64,000 bases of DNA from Eledone cirrhosa (GCA_964016885.1 OZ024740.1:26226001-26290000), one strand, 5' to 3'; positions 29,481 to 43,472 are shown, counted from the stretch's first letter. Numbers and translations are program-made. The notes: generated from the sequence alone by a model not told the origin.

Positions 29481-30044
29481 TACCAATCTATCAGCTTCAA
29501 TAATAAAAACAATAATAGTAAAACAAAAATGCGACCACCACCACCACCACCAGCGTCACCACCACCGCCACCGACGATGCCAATAACAACGACAAGAAAT
29601 TATAAACTATTTCTTTTATAGAGGATTTAGCACTATACACATGAGACAGAAATAAGCCAAGGAATCTACCAAAATGTTTACAATCAATGTATTCAGCTGT
29701 GATAAGAAATTGAGTGTGGCATTAGACAAATGTTCCAAAGCTAATCTAAGGAGATGCAAATTAATTAAAACTGAAAATATTAAATTAGATTTAGACAGTG
29801 AAATGAAAGGAATTAGGATAAAAATAACCAAGTAGCAGATGAGATACGATACAACAGAGAGAATTAAAGAAGGACATTAGAAAAGATTACTACAGTGAGA
29901 GAAATGCTAAACATAAAACAAAGATTACTAAAGAGAGACTAATATTAAAACTGACCTCAATGCTTCCCCCTCTCTTTCTCTCCCTCTCTTTCGCTCTCTC
30001 TCTCGCACACTCTCTCTCTCTCTCTTTATATATATATATGTATG

Positions 30045-30360
30045 AAGTATTTCCGAAGTAGGGTAAAAGAAGGGAGAGTGTTCTATGTATGCTACAGAGC
30101 GATTTAACTATGTATTATACTACATAAGTCAATTACCCATTTACCAAAGGTTTCAGGAAGACAGGCGAACTCAACAGGGACGTCTGAAATCGCTTATCAG
30201 AATGAACATTTAATAAGTACGTAAGATAAGAAAATTTAAAAAAGGCTATTACAATTGAAAGCTAGGCTGAAATAAAATAAAATAAAAATAAGAAATATAT
30301 GAAATAAAATAACGGGGAAAATATACACACTGCTGCAGAACGTAAGGTTATGGGGTGAAC
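30045..30360 (-). mobile_element. PLE-like tail (same family as 31337-31585) with a degenerate HHR at 30136-30206
   Basis: Minus: TTCATT-CTGATAA-(insert)-GAAA-CCTTTGG-TA-AATGGG (G8 to A); downstream sequence homologous to 31480-31552. Confidence 0.65.
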
Positions 30361-30405
30361 ATAAACACACATATATATATATATACATACATATATATAC
30401 CTACT

Positions 30406-30472
<67 letters not shown>

Positions 30473-30818
30473 ACATATTAAATATATATATATATGTGTG
30501 TCAGTATGTGTGTGTGTGCGTGTGTGTGTGTATAGTGTAAACACATTTTCATACATTTAACATGTATGTGCTAACAATTATTTCGTGGTCTAGCCATGGC
30601 CACCACTGTATAATGGAGGAGGGAATTTTAAACCATCCCTTCATTCATGCACGTGGACAAAATTGTCTTACCATTATAAGGTGGTGGCCAGTATTGGAAC
30701 CCGAAACCATTGGTACCAGATACACGTTAAGTGTACGCTACTTTGTTTATATTATATACGCTCTCTTCCAACAGATTAAGCACTGTTTTCCTTGACCTTT
30801 CATCCACGGATTTCTACC

Positions 30819-30958
<140 letters not shown>

Positions 30959-31299
30959 TGTGTGTATGTGCGTATGCACGCAAGTATATATATATACTAT
31001 ATGACCATCCTCACTGAAAGTTTCGCGAAATAGTCTTTTTAAGACTATACAGAGCATTTGTAGGTTTTTCAAAATTGAAACATCAGTATTTAGACTTTAT
31101 TTTATTCTCAGTTAAGGCTCGATTGATTTTTCCCTGGATTTTACAAAATTCTGTGGATAAATCTATGTCTTGATTCTTTTTGAATTGAATTTGAATTATT
31201 TTCCCACATCTTACGTTAACTATTTTTCCATTTTGATGTTATAGTCACTTATATATTATGAAATACTGTTGTCTTCACGCTCACAATAATTTCTATACT

Positions 31300-31336
<37 letters not shown>

Positions 31337-31342
<6 letters not shown>

Positions 31343-31585
31343 TGTAATAAACAACATAAGGCAATTATTCCATTTACCAGTGGTTTCTTAAAAGCAAAAA
31401 ATGTTGCTTTCAATCATCAGAATGAAAAAATCCTGGTCTGATGATTGAAAACAAATTTTTTGCTTTTAAGAAACCACTGGTAAATGGAATAATTGCCTTA
31501 TGTTGTTTATTACATAACTATTAAGCTCTGTTATCTACACAGAGCACTCTTTTTTCCTGGACTTTTCCGACGGAATTTCTTCACA
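31337..31585. mobile_element. PLE-tail fold-back in (TA)n; inverted arms 31337-31421 and 31437-31521
   Basis: ~85-bp near-perfect inverted repeat; each arm contains the HHR core. Confidence 0.85.
31369..31426 (-). ncRNA. Type I hammerhead ribozyme
   Basis: Minus: TTCATT-CTGATGA-TTGAAAGCAA(CATTTT)TTGCTTTTAA-GAAA-CC(ACT)GG-TA-AATGGA. Confidence 0.8.
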
Positions 31586-32803
31586 TATATATATATATTG
31601 TACTTCAATTCACAACTTCTCACATAGAAACTTGATAAAAATTGACTGCGAATTCACAGATTCCTTAGAGAGGATGTCAAAACAGCTAGTGATATTTTCG
31701 ATGGTCTCTGCCCTCTTACAACATCTCATATGATCTTTTTCTGGTGATACAATAATGAACGGATCGAGAGCAATGACATTTGTTGCGAAGCGAGATACTT
31801 TGCTGGTTTTTTCCGGGGGTTTTTCAGCTCTGAGTTCAAATCTGGCTCTGGCCTATTTGAATGAGAGACTAAACACCTCAACAAGTTTAATAACACCAAC
31901 TGGCACCAAATGTTCAGGCCAGGTCCCTATTTACATGAAACTATCATATCTCCCTCAAAACAGTCTTAGAGCCAATGAGAATGACTATGGGTTTCCCTAT
32001 CCAATTCTTGTGTGGTCTTGTCGGCAGGGCGCACCCGCAAAACTGCCGCACCCTAGACCTAGAGACCATTACCTTCCCCCTTCACTGTCCCGTTCATCTG
32101 TGACACTAGGGCCCTTGCTTTTCCTCTCCTTTTCCGTTTTTAATAATTAATATAGCAATGAATATCTTTCATCCAAAAGTAAATGGAACAAAATTGGAAA
32201 ATTTGTTCTAAATTTTCAATCAATTCAGAGTTATCCCCCCACAACAAATCACAAAATAAAGTACATATAAAATATAATTCCGTTTCTTCATTAAATCTAT
32301 ACATCTACCATCCTATGATTCCATCTATTTATAAGTTATATGAACGGTTTATTGTTACAAATACCTAATTTCTTTGATCTGCCGCCATCTTTGTTAATTT
32401 CTGTCTCCTGTCGATATAATGAAACTTTCATAAACCGCACCTCAAGCTGCTTTCTTCAATATAAATTGTCAGACGTAATGTATTATTAAGAGAAATACAC
32501 TGGAGAGAAACCAACGGACCAGAGGGCATCATCGTCTCTGATGGAGGGCAGTTCAGGGTAGAGAAGACGACAGACAGAGAGAGGGGGAGATAAATGTGGG
32601 GTGTTTGTAGATGTGATGATGTTTCATAGTAATGTACAGACATAGAGAGAAATGGAGAGTGACACAGACATAGATAGAGGGGGCGAGAGAGTAAGTTGGG
32701 GAAAAGAAAGAATAGAGATGTGGGAAAGAGGGAGAAATAAGGAGATGTAGGTTATGGAGTGGCGGGTGGAGGAAAGTGAGAAGATATGGGAGAGAGAAAA
32801 GGA

Positions 32804-32895
<92 letters not shown>

Positions 32896-33008
32896 GTTTG
32901 ATGTAAAACAGAACTATTGTGCACTATAGATTATTGTATTTACAAGAAGAAGGTACTCAATACACTAGTACAGCGTAAACATTATGCCCAATACAGGAAT
33001 GGCTTCTA

Positions 33009-33051
<43 letters not shown>

Positions 33052-33808
33052 TGTGTGTGCCGAAAGGATTGAAAGGAACGCTGTAAGAATGAGAAGGTGT
33101 GCCTGGTTAAAAGATATAGAATGATATTTAAAAGAACAAGTTATAGTAGACCAGGGGAAAGTAACAGGAGTGTGTCTGTGAGAACATGGGGAGAAAGATA
33201 TAGAGATACAGAGAGAGAGAGAGAGTGTGTGAGAGAGAGTGGGTGAGAGAGGGAGAGTGGGTGAGACAGAGAGTGGGTGAGAGAGGCAGAGTAGGTGAGA
33301 AGGAGAGTGTGTGAGAGAGTGGGTGAGAGAGAGAGAGAGTGTGGGTGAGAGTGGGAGAGTGGATGAGTGAGGGTGAGTGGGTGAGAGAGAGAGTGTGGAC
33401 GAGAGAGTGGGGGAGCGAGAGAGTGTGTGAGAGAGAGAGTGTGTGAGAGAGGGAGAGTGGGTGAGAGAGAGAGAGAGAGTGGGTGAGAGAAAGAGTGGGT
33501 GAGAATGGGAGAGAGGGTGAGAGAGAGTGTGGGTGAGAGAGAGAGTGGGTGAGAGAGGGATAGTGGGTAAGAGAGAGAGTGTGTGAGAGAGAGAGTGAGT
33601 TGATGAGAGAGAGAGATGATGAGAGAAAGAGGGAGTTGATGAGAGAGAGATTGATGAGAGTATAGGAGCGGGAGAGGGAGTGTGTGGAGGTAGAGAGTGA
33701 GGTTGGAAAGGAGAAAGGAACAGAGAGATTGAGAGAGAAGTGTTCATATATCTATGTCTAAGTGAATAGTAGAGAATGTGATATAGAAATGGAGAGAGAC
33801 GGATAGAA

Positions 33809-33879
<71 letters not shown>

Positions 33880-34109
33880 AAGCGAGAGAGAGTGAGAGAG
33901 AAAAAATATAAGCAAAGGGCCTTTATCTGTTTAAGAGAGTGATGTAGAAAGAGTGAGAGAGGTGACAATTATAGAGAGAAAGAAAATTATAGAGGGAGAA
34001 AGAGATAGAGGGGGAGAAAGAGAAATAGTGGGATGGAGTAAGTGAGAATAAGTGAGAGTGGGAGAGAGTGATAGATAGATATATATATACAGAGAGAGCG
34101 AGAGAGAGT

Positions 34110-34165
<56 letters not shown>
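32804..34165. repeat. (AAT)n, (GT)n and a long degenerate GA-rich (GAGAGTGGGT-like) tract
   Basis: Direct inspection. Confidence 0.85.
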
Positions 34166-34170
<5 letters not shown>

Positions 34171-34674
34171 GAAATACACACAGACAGACAGCATGACTTT
34201 AGCCCGGGGGTCATTTTTGCTTGCTTACATTAATTCAAATAATTTCTGAGTTTTAATGAAAATAATATAGTCTGCTAATAGCAAAGAGAAATGTATCATT
34301 GACTAGAAAGTTTAGTATTTTGGACACAGTATACCCTCTAGCATCTTACGTGGTGTGGTTGATCTTTCTTGACATTAAGGCTTTCCATTTGGAATCAAGT
34401 ATTCAGTCCAGGAATTGCAAAGATTTTTACTTTTATTTTTATATTATATATTTATATTATATGTTGTATTTTTATTTTTATGGTGAATCGAAACGAGATA
34501 TTTCAGTTGCCGTAGGCCTAAACGGAGAATACTTTACTGAACTGAAAAGAAAAATATTTCGAGCTTTGGGATCTTAAGTCAAATGGGAAATCTGAAGTGA
34601 GGTCAAAAGGGGATAAATACGTAGCAAAATGCCTTACACACACGCGCAACCACGCTCACTCATAATATACACAC

Positions 34675-34734
<60 letters not shown>

Positions 34735-34818
34735 GCAGTTTTGTATTGCACTATATGTGTGTGTATAAATATATATATTTATATATATATATATATATAT
34801 ATGGATATATGAATATAT

Positions 34819-34896
<78 letters not shown>

Positions 34897-34926
34897 GCAA
34901 TATATATATATATACATATACATACA

Positions 34927-34968
<42 letters not shown>

Positions 34969-35027
34969 ATATATATGCAATATATATATATATATATATA
35001 TACATATATATATACATATAATTATTA

Positions 35028-35150
35028 TTTCTACTTTTGGCACAAGGCCGACAATTATCCCAGTGCATTACTGGTACTTTATTCTATCGATCTCGTAAGG
35101 ATGAAAGGTTTGCCTTAACCTCGGCGGGATGTGAACTCAGCCCCATAAAG
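35028..35150 (-). mobile_element. OK-like SINE fragment
   Basis: CCCAGTGCATTACTGGTACTTTATT...GGATGAAAGG...AACCTCGGCGGGATGTGAACTCAG, shared with 29365-29450. Confidence 0.7.
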
Positions 35151-35187
35151 GGCCGTAATATAATTATGTGTGTGTGTCCGTACACAC

Positions 35188-35218
<31 letters not shown>

Positions 35219-35929
35219 TAAGTTAAAACAATGAAATAAAAATTCAAGTCATTAGAGATATACTTCACTGCTTTACGATCGTTTGTAGATGATGATAATA
35301 CATTGTAGCTATACTCCGTTATTGATCTATGTAAGCCATATGTTGAAAAAAAAAAAATATATATATATTGCTTCCTCTATCATTTATTCCCTCTCTCGTT
35401 CTGTTTCTGTATTTCTTTTACAGAACTTCACATACAGTTAAGATATTTTGCTATTATCTTAGAAATGTATGTAGAGATGAGTCGGATAATGTGATGCCCT
35501 CTATTGGCATTCGAATCTACATAGGTCGTTGTATGGTGACAATATCGTCAACTAATACATTGCAAGCTCACACTTGGCAATCTGTGCTAACTTATGGATC
35601 CCCTTCAATGATAACTATTTGCTAACATAAATGCTATTGTATTTTAGCTTTAGCTCATAGATTGAAAATCTCGAAACTTCTTTGACACAATATAAACGAT
35701 GTAAGATGGAGAAAAAACACAGGAATATTGTTAGAATTGGGAACATTATCAGATTGCTATATGTGGAATTGTACATATGTGCGAGTTGACTGGTTGAATG
35801 TCTTCCTGTCACTGTTTCCATGTGTGTGTACGTTTAAGTGTGTATGTATGTGTATGTATTTGTTTGTGACTGTAGAGTCACTATCAAGTATGAACAATTT
35901 TCAACTATTTTCTTACTGCTTCCGTATTA

Positions 35930-36547
35930 GGGTCTTTCAGAATAACGAAGACTTAAGCAAGTATGGTAAGCTAAACAACGTCCTAGATACGAATCATACT
36001 TCTACATAGTCTAGACTCGGATCTACGAAGCCCTTGTCCGAACAATTCTGCTATACAGCTGCGAAACCTGGTCACTGAGAGCAGAGGACATGTGCAAACT
36101 CGAAGTGTTCGACCATCATTGTTTACACCACACCCTTCGTGTTCGCTGGTAACAACGCATCTCGAATTCTGCAATCCGTGCACGCTGCAAAATCTCCTCC
36201 CTCCACCAAGCCCTTCTCACGAGGCGTCTTCGCTGGCTTGGTCATGCTCTCCGTCGACAACCGGGTGACTTCATCCGCGAAACCATTGATCCATCTCCTC
36301 CGTTGGGATAGAAGAAACGTCGTGGAGGCCAACTAAAATCGTGGCTTAGGACAGTGAGGCAAGACGCTGAGTTGATCTTAGGCCTATGCCTGTGTGGGGT
36401 TCGGCGATGGAACCGTGAATGTCTGACACTCATATCTGCGATAGCGTCAGACCGCCATGATTGGTCGGCCTTCATTCAGGATACGGTAAATTTGTTGGAC
36501 GGAGCCGGCTCAACCGGCCCAGGGTGAATGCCGTCTCACGCACGCAG
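35930..36547 (+). pseudogene. RTE-clade LINE 3' fragment
   Basis: Translated motifs RRLRWLGHALRR, GGQ/RP.KSWLRTVRQD, IASDRHDWSAFI. Confidence 0.8.
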
Positions 36548-36853
36548 TTATTCTCGTGGAAAAGGAAATCATAGAATTAGTGGTATTTCATTGTGACAGA
36601 ATTGCGTAGCATCCCTAAAGGTACAAAAAGAATGGAGAATATACTTGCACTGACAAAAAGAATGGTTCACAAAATGCTCAATGGATCAAACGTTTTGATG
36701 AGAGCCGATTGTGCACCTGATACCCCTCTCATGATTCCTTAATGCAAGCAATAGCCAATTTCAAAGCAAAACAAAAAGAGGTTTCAGATATGTTCACGCC
36801 ATGAAATAAGAGCTATGTCTGAAATGTTTATATATTTATTTTGTGCGTTTGTG

Positions 36854-36960
<107 letters not shown>

Positions 36961-37392
36961 TGTGTATGTGTGTATATATATGTGTATGTGTGTGTGTGTA
37001 TGTGTGTGTGTGTGTGTGTGAGTGTGTGTGAGTGTCAGTGGATGAAAACGAACAAGTTCATTTTCATCAGGACAGGTTAAACAATGTTGTACTCAGGGTT
37101 AATGAAACGTACGTACCTGGTATTGCAATCGTCGTTGTAACTGGCCTTAATAATTATATTCAAACTCAATCTATTAACTGAGCTGCTCAATACTTTGGAT
37201 ATTTTTACATACCTATTACTACTATACATACGCACACACACACACGCGCGCACACACTCACACACACATATATATATATATATATGTATAGGAAATGGGT
37301 CATATACATATGTGTGTCTGATGGTAGCTAAGATGCTTCCATAGGCGGTATGCCGGTTAAGCACTCTATGCTCTTATAGAGAAGAGTATGTT

Positions 37393-37502
37393 AGAATAGA
37401 AAACGAAAAATCAGTGATGCATCTGAACTCAATTTATTTTGTGTTACAATTCTAACACACAATACATTGAGTTCAGATGTATCACTGATTTTTCGTTTTC
37501 TA

Positions 37503-37506
<4 letters not shown>
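37393..37506. repeat. Inverted repeat with ~41-bp arms, probable PLE-tail fold-back
   Basis: AGAATAGAAAACGAAAAATCAGTGATGCATCTGAACTCAAT and its reverse complement. Confidence 0.8.
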
Positions 37507-37540
<34 letters not shown>

Positions 37541-37608
37541 TATAGAAAGGCCTCTACATGACTAGAACTGTTTCATTCGGGAGAAATCATCAGGAAGCCC
37601 GAGATAAA

Positions 37609-37649
<41 letters not shown>

Positions 37650-37653
<4 letters not shown>

Positions 37654-38213
37654 GAGGTGTGTCAGAAACGTTCCAGGACTGATGTCACAAAAGATTTATT
37701 TCAAACCCAAACTTCAAACTAAGAGTGTTCTCCTTCAAAGTAATCCCCCTGGAGTATGTAACTGTAATCTTAGCTCTCTGCAGCGATCAAACTTTTTTCT
37801 TCATAATTTTATATACATGTCCTCTGTTTCAGGTCGTCAGGCAATGAGCACAGAGCAACGAACAAACTTGAAGTTTCTGGTACGGTTGGGAAAAACTCCG
37901 TCAGAAGCACTGGGATTGCTGCAGCAAGTGTATGGAGATGAGACGATGTCACGCTCGCCTGTTTTTGAGTGGTGCAAGATGTCCCCAGGAGCGGAAGGCC
38001 CTCAACAACCAGGACTGAGGTCAACGTTGAGCGGGTCAGGCAGATGGGGCGTAGTGATCGTCGGCTAACTGTTCGACTGAGGCAAATGAGCTGGGCATGA
38101 ATTGGGACAGCGTCTGGAAGATTCTCACTGAAGATTTGGACATGCGGAAAGTCTGCGCGAAGATGGTGCCAAAACTGCTGAACGATGACCAGAAAGGTCG
38201 ACGCATGCAAGTG
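37650..38213 (+). mobile_element. mariner transposon 5' fragment (TIR plus N-terminal transposase, frameshifted)
   Basis: TA-CACGAGGTGTGTCAGAAACGTTCC terminus; MSTEQRTNLKFLVRLGKTPSEA...YGDETMSRSPVFEW, RSGRPST, DRRLTVR, KILTEDLDMRKVCAKMVPKLLNDDQKGRRMQV. Confidence 0.9.
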
Positions 38214-39426
38214 TCCGTGTAACTTATGCTCGGAGGAAACATTACAAATGGTGTTTTCGAAGGACCAATTGCTAAACAAGAAAGACGAACTGGTAACCGC
38301 ATGCAAACACAGATTGCGTAGGACTTACCTCGCGCTCAAACCCCATAATGACCCGGGGGGGGGGGTTAGACAAGGGCTGATACTCCCTTCTTGCCGATTT
38401 TGTAAGGGGTAACCCCTGCTTACAATGTTGTAACTTTTTAAAATCTTTTCCTCTATGTTTCCTTCTTCCACCCATCTTTTCCTAGTCCTTCCACTCCAGA
38501 TCTCCTTCCTCGTCTTTTTTCACCTTTCGCCTACCCCGATGCAGCCCATCGGTCCTCCGTAGCCTCAGTACCCTTTTCCCCCCTAATTTTAAGATAGAAT
38601 TGGCCGATTACGCTTTTTATAGCAGATGTGTTAGACCCCAGTAACATTTTTTTTTCTTTCTGGTTGCTGCTCCATTTTGTGGTTTCTAAATTTCTTAGTG
38701 GTAATTTTGTATTAGTATTTTTGTAATAGTATTTTTGTATTAATATTTTGTATTAGTATTTTTGTAGTAGTATTTTAGTATTTTTGTTCTCAACATATTA
38801 ACCTGTCATTGTAAGATAGCATTGATGATTACTAACTATCTATAGCAGTGGTGTTAGACCCCCTGTAAAGCCAGCTTTATACAACTATTTCACTACAATC
38901 TCGTATTTAGTATTTTTCCCATTCTCCACCTATTAAACTTTTCTATAGCTTAGCAATACCAATGGGAAATTTGGTGATTGTGGAAATGGAGTAGTAACCA
39001 GAAATTGTTTTTTATATATTTATTTCCTTCTTTTTATAATGGGTTTTTTACTCCCTTTCAATTTACGTATTCTTTCAACTCCCTCCACCCACATTCTCTT
39101 CTCCAGTACACTTTTCTCGACCTTTTATACACTACCCTTACAATCTGCTGTATAGATTTCACTTCCAACGCTTGACTGGGTTTCCCCCACTCCCTCTTTG
39201 TTCTACCGGCAAGTTCAGCCACCTCTACCTCCCACCAAATGCCATGATAGATTCATCTGTCTTTACAACAAATATTTGACCAATCCCCTTGACAATTACT
39301 ATCTTCCCATATAAGGAAATACCCCTTGAGGAGTTCGACTATTTACTTACCAGGCTAAAAATTCTTATTTAGTCCGCAAATAGCCGTCGAAACGGCTTGA
39401 GCTCTGCCGTCGGGGTCATACTTGTT

Positions 39427-39428
<2 letters not shown>
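38214..39428 (+). mobile_element. PLE 3' end: endonuclease C-terminus plus ~1-kb 3' UTR ending in an HHR
   Basis: PCNLCSEETLQMVFSKDQLLNKKDELVTACKH matches the CxLCxxE...LNxxxE...C(R/K)H C-terminus of PLE GIY-YIG domains; ends at (TA)n. Confidence 0.7.
39321..39416 (+). ncRNA. Type I hammerhead ribozyme, decayed (C3 to T, eroded stem II)
   Basis: ACCCC-TTGAGGA-G..CGACTATTTAC...GCAAATAGCCGTC-GAAA-CGGC(TTGAGCTCT)GCCG-TC-GGGGT. Confidence 0.7.
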
Positions 39429-39467
<39 letters not shown>

Positions 39468-39468
<1 letters not shown>

Positions 39469-39669
39469 ACGAAGGAAATGTGGTAAGGAACCAGGTGAAC
39501 CATAACGCACCAAAGTACTCAATACTTAGGATAGTAGAGTGGGTAATAGGAACGAGTAGGACCCCGACGGCTGAGCTCAAGCCGATTCGACGGGTAATTC
39601 TGGACTGAATTCTAGTCCAGAATTAGCCGTCGAAACGGCTTGAGCTCAGCCGCCGGGGTCCTACTCGTT

Positions 39670-39672
<3 letters not shown>
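39468..39672 (-). mobile_element. PLE tail copy with fold-back (arms ~39548-39606 and 39615-39672)
   Basis: Homologous to 39372-39428, 41250-41408 and 50181-50360; flanked by (TA)n. Confidence 0.85.
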
Positions 39673-39717
<45 letters not shown>

Positions 39718-40079
39718 ATTCAGCCATGTAGACCGAAATTTTCTTTTTTATTATATATATATTATATATATGGAATCATAGTAGGTAATGGAGACTGCAC
39801 CAAGTATGTGTGTGTGTGTGTGGGTGTGCGTGTGTTTGTGTATGTATGTATGAGTGTAGATACATGTTCTCATCGATAGATAAATAGATATTTAAAACAA
39901 GATTAATTGTGATAAAAGGAAATTTGTGAAGTATTTAATCAGTAAATGTCTGCTCTAGCTTCCTATGTTGCACTGAAGGACTGCATATACTGCAACATAC
40001 ACTGCAACATTCAGTGCAGTTTCTATTACGTCATTCACCTATCAATGTGGCATCTCAAATCATTGACGTAAACGTACCT

Positions 40080-41045
40080 ACATAGGTGTGTATATAGGTG
40101 TGTATATAGAGGTGTATATAGGTGTATATAGGGGTGTATATAGAGGTGTATATAGAGGTGTATATAGGTGTATATAGGGGTGTATATAGGTGTGTATATA
40201 GAGGTGTATATAGGTGTATATAGGGGTGTATATAGAGGTGTATATAGGTGTATATAGGGGTATATATAGGTGTGTATATAGGTTTGTATGTAGGTGTATA
40301 TAGGTGTGTATATAGGTGTGTATATAAGTGTATATAGGGGTGTATATAGAGGTGTATATAGAGGTGTATATAGGTGTATATAGGGGTGTATATAGGTGTG
40401 TATATAGAGGTGTATATAGGTGTATATAGGGGTGTATATAGGTGTGTATATAGAGGTGTATATAGGTGTATATAGGGGTATATATAGGTGTGTATATAGG
40501 TTTGTATGTAGGTGTATATAGGTGTGTATATAGGTGTGTATATAGAGGTGTATATAGGTGTATATAGGGGTGTATATAGAGGTGTATATAGGTGTATATA
40601 GGGGTGTATATAGGTGTGTATATAGAGGTGTATGTAGGTGTATATAGGGGTGTATATAGAGGTGTATGTAGGTGTGTATATTACATAGAGCAAATAACAC
40701 ACATGCACACACTTAACAACACATACAAACACTTAACCACACACATACACACAAGGCTTACCACAATACACACACTTAATCACACATACACACACTTAAC
40801 CACGCACAGCTAACCACATACACACACACCTAAACACATACACGCACACTTAACCACACATAAAGACATCTAACCACACACACTCACACGCACAAACACA
40901 TAGACACACACACACACACATAGACACGCACACACACACACTTAACCACACATAAATAATCTAACCACACATACACCCACACACTTAACCACACACACGT
41001 AACCAGACACACTCACACACACTTAACCACACATACACACACGTC
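40080..41045. repeat. Minisatellite of 10/12-bp units (GGTGTATATA/GGTGTATATAGA) followed by a degenerate (CACTTAACCACACATA)-like tract
   Basis: Direct inspection. Confidence 0.9.
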
Positions 41046-41118
41046 TTACTATAATATGCGATTGTCAGAGACAGAAATATATGTAGTTGATGAGTATTGT
41101 CATATACTTACATACCTT

Positions 41119-41149
<31 letters not shown>

Positions 41150-41150
41150 T

Positions 41151-41187
<37 letters not shown>

Positions 41188-41249
41188 ATATATACATATA
41201 TGAGTGTGTGTCTATGTGTGCACATATATATATTATGTATATATATATA

Positions 41250-41408
41250 TAAAACGAAGGAGTTGGGGTACGGAACCAGATGGACCATAGCGCACCAGAA
41301 TACTCAATACTTAGGGTAGTAGAGTGGGTAATAGAAGAAAGTATGACCCCGACGGCAGAGCTCAAGCTGTTTCGACGGCTATTTCTGGTCCAGAAATAGC
41401 CACGAAAT
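41250..41408 (-). mobile_element. PLE tail copy with a short fold-back
   Basis: Same family as 39468-39672; ends GGCTATTTCTGG-T-CCAGAAATAGCC. Confidence 0.85.
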
Positions 41409-41586
41409 ATATATCGTCGATGTATATATATATATACATACGTACATATAACATATATAACATATATACATACATAACATACATACATACACACATACAC
41501 ATACATACACATACATACACATACATACTTAACCTACATACAAACATATACATACATACGTAACATACATATATATACATACACAC

Positions 41587-42090
41587 ATGATGATGGCTGC
41601 CCCCTCGTTATCGAGTATGGCCATTGCACGATATACCATTATCAATAATTATTAATTAATTCTATCGTGCAATGCCTGTGTGTGAAGACATTTTTAAAGT
41701 GAAGAAAGACTGTACACTGAGCCAATCCCACCCTCTGAGCGACAGTAGCTATAACCCGAAAAGAAGAACATATTAACATCATCGGTAACTACTGAGCCGC
41801 AGGTTTTATATCGGAGTTATCCCAGTTTCCTGAGTTGCCTTCTCCTAGAAGAATGTCCTGAGAAAGTCTAGGGGTCCTTCACTCCCAGTGGTTTAAACAC
41901 GCGGTACATGTGTATATACATATTTACACACTTTTGGATGGCCGTTGACTCTTATGAGTTCTTCCGCCCTTTGTCAGGTTTTGTTTTTTGTCCTGCAGGG
42001 TGTCCAAAATCCTCCTCCTCACCAAGTAAACTTGGTGGGGTTGCCGGTTTAGTCGCCGACGACCCGATCATGCGACATGTTGTACTGGGA
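41587..42090 (-). mobile_element. Short internally deleted RTE-derived element (5' UTR plus 3' tail)
   Basis: 41587-41625 is the reverse complement of the RTE tail TGGCC.TACTCG..AACGAG..GGCAGCCA.CA; 41931-42025 is the reverse complement of 42539-42631. Confidence 0.65.
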
Positions 42091-42538
42091 TACATACATA
42101 CTTGATGGTGGTGGTGGTGGTGGTATTGGTGTTGGTGGTGGTGGTGGTGGTGGTGCTGGTGCTGGTGGTGGTGTATGTGGTGGAGGTGTTGGTGTTGGTG
42201 ATGGTGGTGGTGGTGGTGTTGGTGTATGTGGTGGTGGTTGTTGTGGTTGTTAGTGATAGTCCCTGTATAGCTATAACTCTTTCTATATGTGTGTCTGCGT
42301 GTGTCTGTGTGAGTGTATACACCTATAGCTACATATAAGTGTATCTGTGTGTCTGAGTGTGTCTGTGTATGTGTATAAACCTATAGCTGTATATATGTGT
42401 TTGCGTGTGTATGTGTGTGTCTATGTATATGTGGATATATGTATATGTGTATATATGTATATGTGTATATATGTATATGTGTATCTATGTATATGTGTAT
42501 ATATGCATATGTGTATGTATGTATATGTGTATATGTAT

Positions 42539-43045
42539 AGGTGAGGAGGGTGACTTTGGACATCCTGCAGGACTAAAAACAAAACCTGTCAAAGGGCAAA
42601 GGAGCTCTTAAGAGTCAATGGCCATCCAAAATCACCGGGAGAGATGACCCCTTAGCCTTTGTCAAGGCAGAATTCTAGGAGAAGGAAAACTCTGATATAA
42701 CACCTGCAACCCTGATGGTATCCAATGATGTTGACTTGTTCTTCTTTTTGGTAAATATCATCTTGGTTAAGAGAGTGGGACTGGCTTTGTGCAGTGCCTT
42801 TGCTCACTATAAAAGCTTCACGGCACAGGCATTGCTTTATATCTGGAGATCTCTCTGCACTCGTCGTCACATGGTACCATGGGCCCAACACTATGTGTCA
42901 ATAATTGTCACAAGTGTAGTCTTTGTACCAGAGTTTTCAAGTCGCTGGCTGGACTAAAAAGTCACTCGTTCAGCGCATCAGTAGGGGTTCTCCTACATGG
43001 ATATAAAGTAGTGGCCGTACTCGAAAACGAGTTGGCAGCCACCAT
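42539..43045 (+). mobile_element. Short internally deleted RTE-derived element, head-to-head with 41587-42090
   Basis: Shared 5' segment; 3' part translates CSLCTRVFKSLAGLKSH (RTE C-terminal zinc-finger-like motif); tail shared with 24312-24430. Confidence 0.7.
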
Positions 43046-43293
43046 ATGTATATATATATATATTAATGTATATGTAGTGTATTTTGCAATACATTGTATG
43101 CTTAATTAAAAGCATTTTGAAGACCATACGTGCAAACTATATATACATTCATATATATATCGCTATTTCAGAGCACCAATTCTAATATGTATAAATGTAT
43201 ATATGTATATGTGTATATATGTATATATATGTGTGTCTGTGTGTGTGTGTGTATGTGTGTATATATGTATAAATGTATATATGTATATGTGTG

Positions 43294-43350
<57 letters not shown>

Positions 43351-43472
43351 ATATAGTTCTACTATTGTAATTCCATAATCTTGACCGCTAACTCTTTTCT
43401 ATTGGTCAATTCAAATGTCTGTTCCCAAACAGACTTTTTATATTAATACTTTGTTTCTTCCAATAAACATAC

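Noticed and set aside
31005-31055. GAAATAGTC...GACTATA resembling an HHR stem III
   Set aside because: The upstream CTGAAAG does not fit CUGAnGA and there is no stem I
37555-37605. Minus-strand CTGATGA-TTTCTCCCGAAT-GAAAC motif
   Set aside because: Core boxes are present but no convincing stem I or III; at best a decayed HHR
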